Part shown: piece after piece, positions 62,855 through 64,000 of the stretch
Position numbering within the stretch: the stretch's first letter is position 1
How the letters are laid out: each line of letters begins with the position of its first letter
From: Clostridia bacterium
GTDB lineage: Bacteria; Bacillota; Clostridia; Oscillospirales; CAG-272
NCBI GenBank assembly: GCA_017631855.1
Contig: JAGBSP010000020.1
Coordinates: 7,754 to 71,753, forward strand
Direction of reading: 5' to 3'
Length of the DNA: 64,000 nucleotides
Translations under genes and position numbers: made by a program
Notes under the pieces: generated by a model
Seen by the model: the letters and a program-made list of their open reading frames with translations, nothing else
Told to the model about the DNA's origin: nothing
Databases searched by the model: none

Positions 62855-63874
62855 ATGGTAGCACACTGGATTGTTTTTTCAATAATGATTCCTCTAATTC
62901 CGGTATCATTAACCTATGGCTTTTTAAAACTTGGAAATCTTAACTCTCTTCCGGAAGAAGAAAAGAAAAAAGCATATAAAACGATTGTTAAAACATCTTT
63001 GTTCTTTTGGTTACTTGACTTTTTCTACATGTCATGTTTTACAAATTGGATGGTAGGGAAATATATTTTTGGAATATTAGCTATTATTCTTATCTTTGTA
63101 AACCTCACGAATGCATTTTTGGCAAAAAGTAAAATAAGTAAATGGAACTTGTTATTGGATTTTTTGCTCGGAGTCGCTATAAGTATTTATCTCATTTACA
63201 TAATTCAAAATGAAACTTTACAAACAGTGGTTGTAGCGATAGTCTCCGCTACGTATGGCGGATTGCTGACTTTAGTAGGCGTTGCTTGGACAATAAATGA
63301 TTCCAATATTAAGCGTAGAGAAGATCTTGAACGTACCGAAAAAGACAGAAAGGAAGAAGAACGTAAAAAGAATATTCCATACGTTAGAATGGATTATAGC
63401 AGAGAACTTCCTCCATTGGTTGTAAACTCAAGAATAACAGAAGGATTAGATTTTGGAAATTCCGAAGATAGAGCAAAATTAAACGGAAAATCCTTTGTTC
63501 AGATAATGATAAAAGATTTTCAGATAAAGAATGTTTCAAACACAAACATTATAATGCATGGTGTTATTGCTTTCGAAAAGTATCATGAATTTACAGTAAA
63601 AGAGATAGTTGAGTCTGGGGCTCATTGTATGATAAAAACAACTAATAATTATATGATTTCAGCAGCACAGCCAGAGCAATCTATATTTCTTATTACAAGT
63701 GATTTGTTGGGAAACAAATATAAAACAGAGTGTCATTTGTCTTTGGATGTCGGTGTGGATTCATTTAGAATGGCTACAACGGTTGGAGATGAAGAATTGA
63801 TAGGATACGATTATAAGTGTCATGTATCTTCACTGGATTTGCCAATTTTAATTGAAAATGCAAAGATAGATTGA
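62855..63874 (+). CDS. Hypothetical membrane protein (several N-terminal TM helices, charged linker, soluble C-terminal domain)
   Basis: Hydrophobic segments ending GGLLTLVGVAWTI; very AT-rich; start uncertain (62813 is an alternative). Confidence 0.6.
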   Translation: MVAHWIVFSIMIPLIPVSLTYGFLKLGNLNSLPEEEKKKAYKTIVKTSLFFWLLDFFYMSCFTNWMVGKYIFGILAIILIFVNLTNAFLAKSKISKWNLLLDFLLGVAISIYLIYIIQNETLQTVVVAIVSATYGGLLTLVGVAWTINDSNIKRREDLERTEKDRKEEERKKNIPYVRMDYSRELPPLVVNSRITEGLDFGNSEDRAKLNGKSFVQIMIKDFQIKNVSNTNIIMHGVIAFEKYHEFTVKEIVESGAHCMIKTTNNYMISAAQPEQSIFLITSDLLGNKYKTECHLSLDVGVDSFRMATTVGDEELIGYDYKCHVSSLDLPILIENAKID

Positions 63875-63925
63875 ATTTTATATAAGCATTACCAAGGATG
63901 GACGTAATTTGAGGAGGTCTGGCAA

Positions 63926-64000
63926 GTGACAAAACAAGAATTCTTTAATATGTGTCTGGATTCGTACGCTACGCGGCCGGACTATCCGTTTGACGAGGAT
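63926..64000 (+). CDS. MmcQ/YjbR family protein (5' end only)
   Basis: RBS GAGGAGG, GTG start, MTKQEF...Y.T.PDYPFDED. Confidence 0.6.
   Translation, partial: MTKQEFFNMCLDSYATRPDYPFDED

Overview
Chromosomal window of a Clostridia-type (Bacillota) anaerobe, judged from gene content and sigma-A promoters. Left to right: (1) aroF-tyrA operon behind an unannotated Phe/Tyr-rich leader peptide and terminator; a CofE-like ligase; ddh. (2) A tandem array of three paralogous secreted GLUG/beta-helix-type surface proteins (3, 1 and 2 modules) with a shared C-terminal domain. An unannotated 42-aa peptide gene follows the first, and its C-terminal motif (VGSxMGWxD) reappears fused to the end of the second. 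A CDP-sugar/GT2 operon follows the array. (3) The housekeeping nusB-tsaD-like-xseAB-ispA-tlyA-nadK-argR-recN block and tRNA-Leu(CAG). (4) nagA-ROK, a lipoprotein and an aldo-keto reductase. (5) A ~12.5 kb minus-strand succinate-pathway cluster: mdh-like, fumC, hdrBCA, flxDCBA-like, soluble fumarate reductase and an AspT/YidE transporter. (6) putP with one in-frame TGA, an acyltransferase, a hydrolase and an AT-rich DEDDh-BRCT gene. (7) From ~49.74 kb, the end of a genomic island bounded by a tRNA-Ser(CGA) 3' half. It carries HTH/excisionase-like genes and a type I R-M system with an invertible hsdS shufflon whose tyrosine recombinase has an in-frame TAG. All calls come from reading the sequence; no database searches were run.
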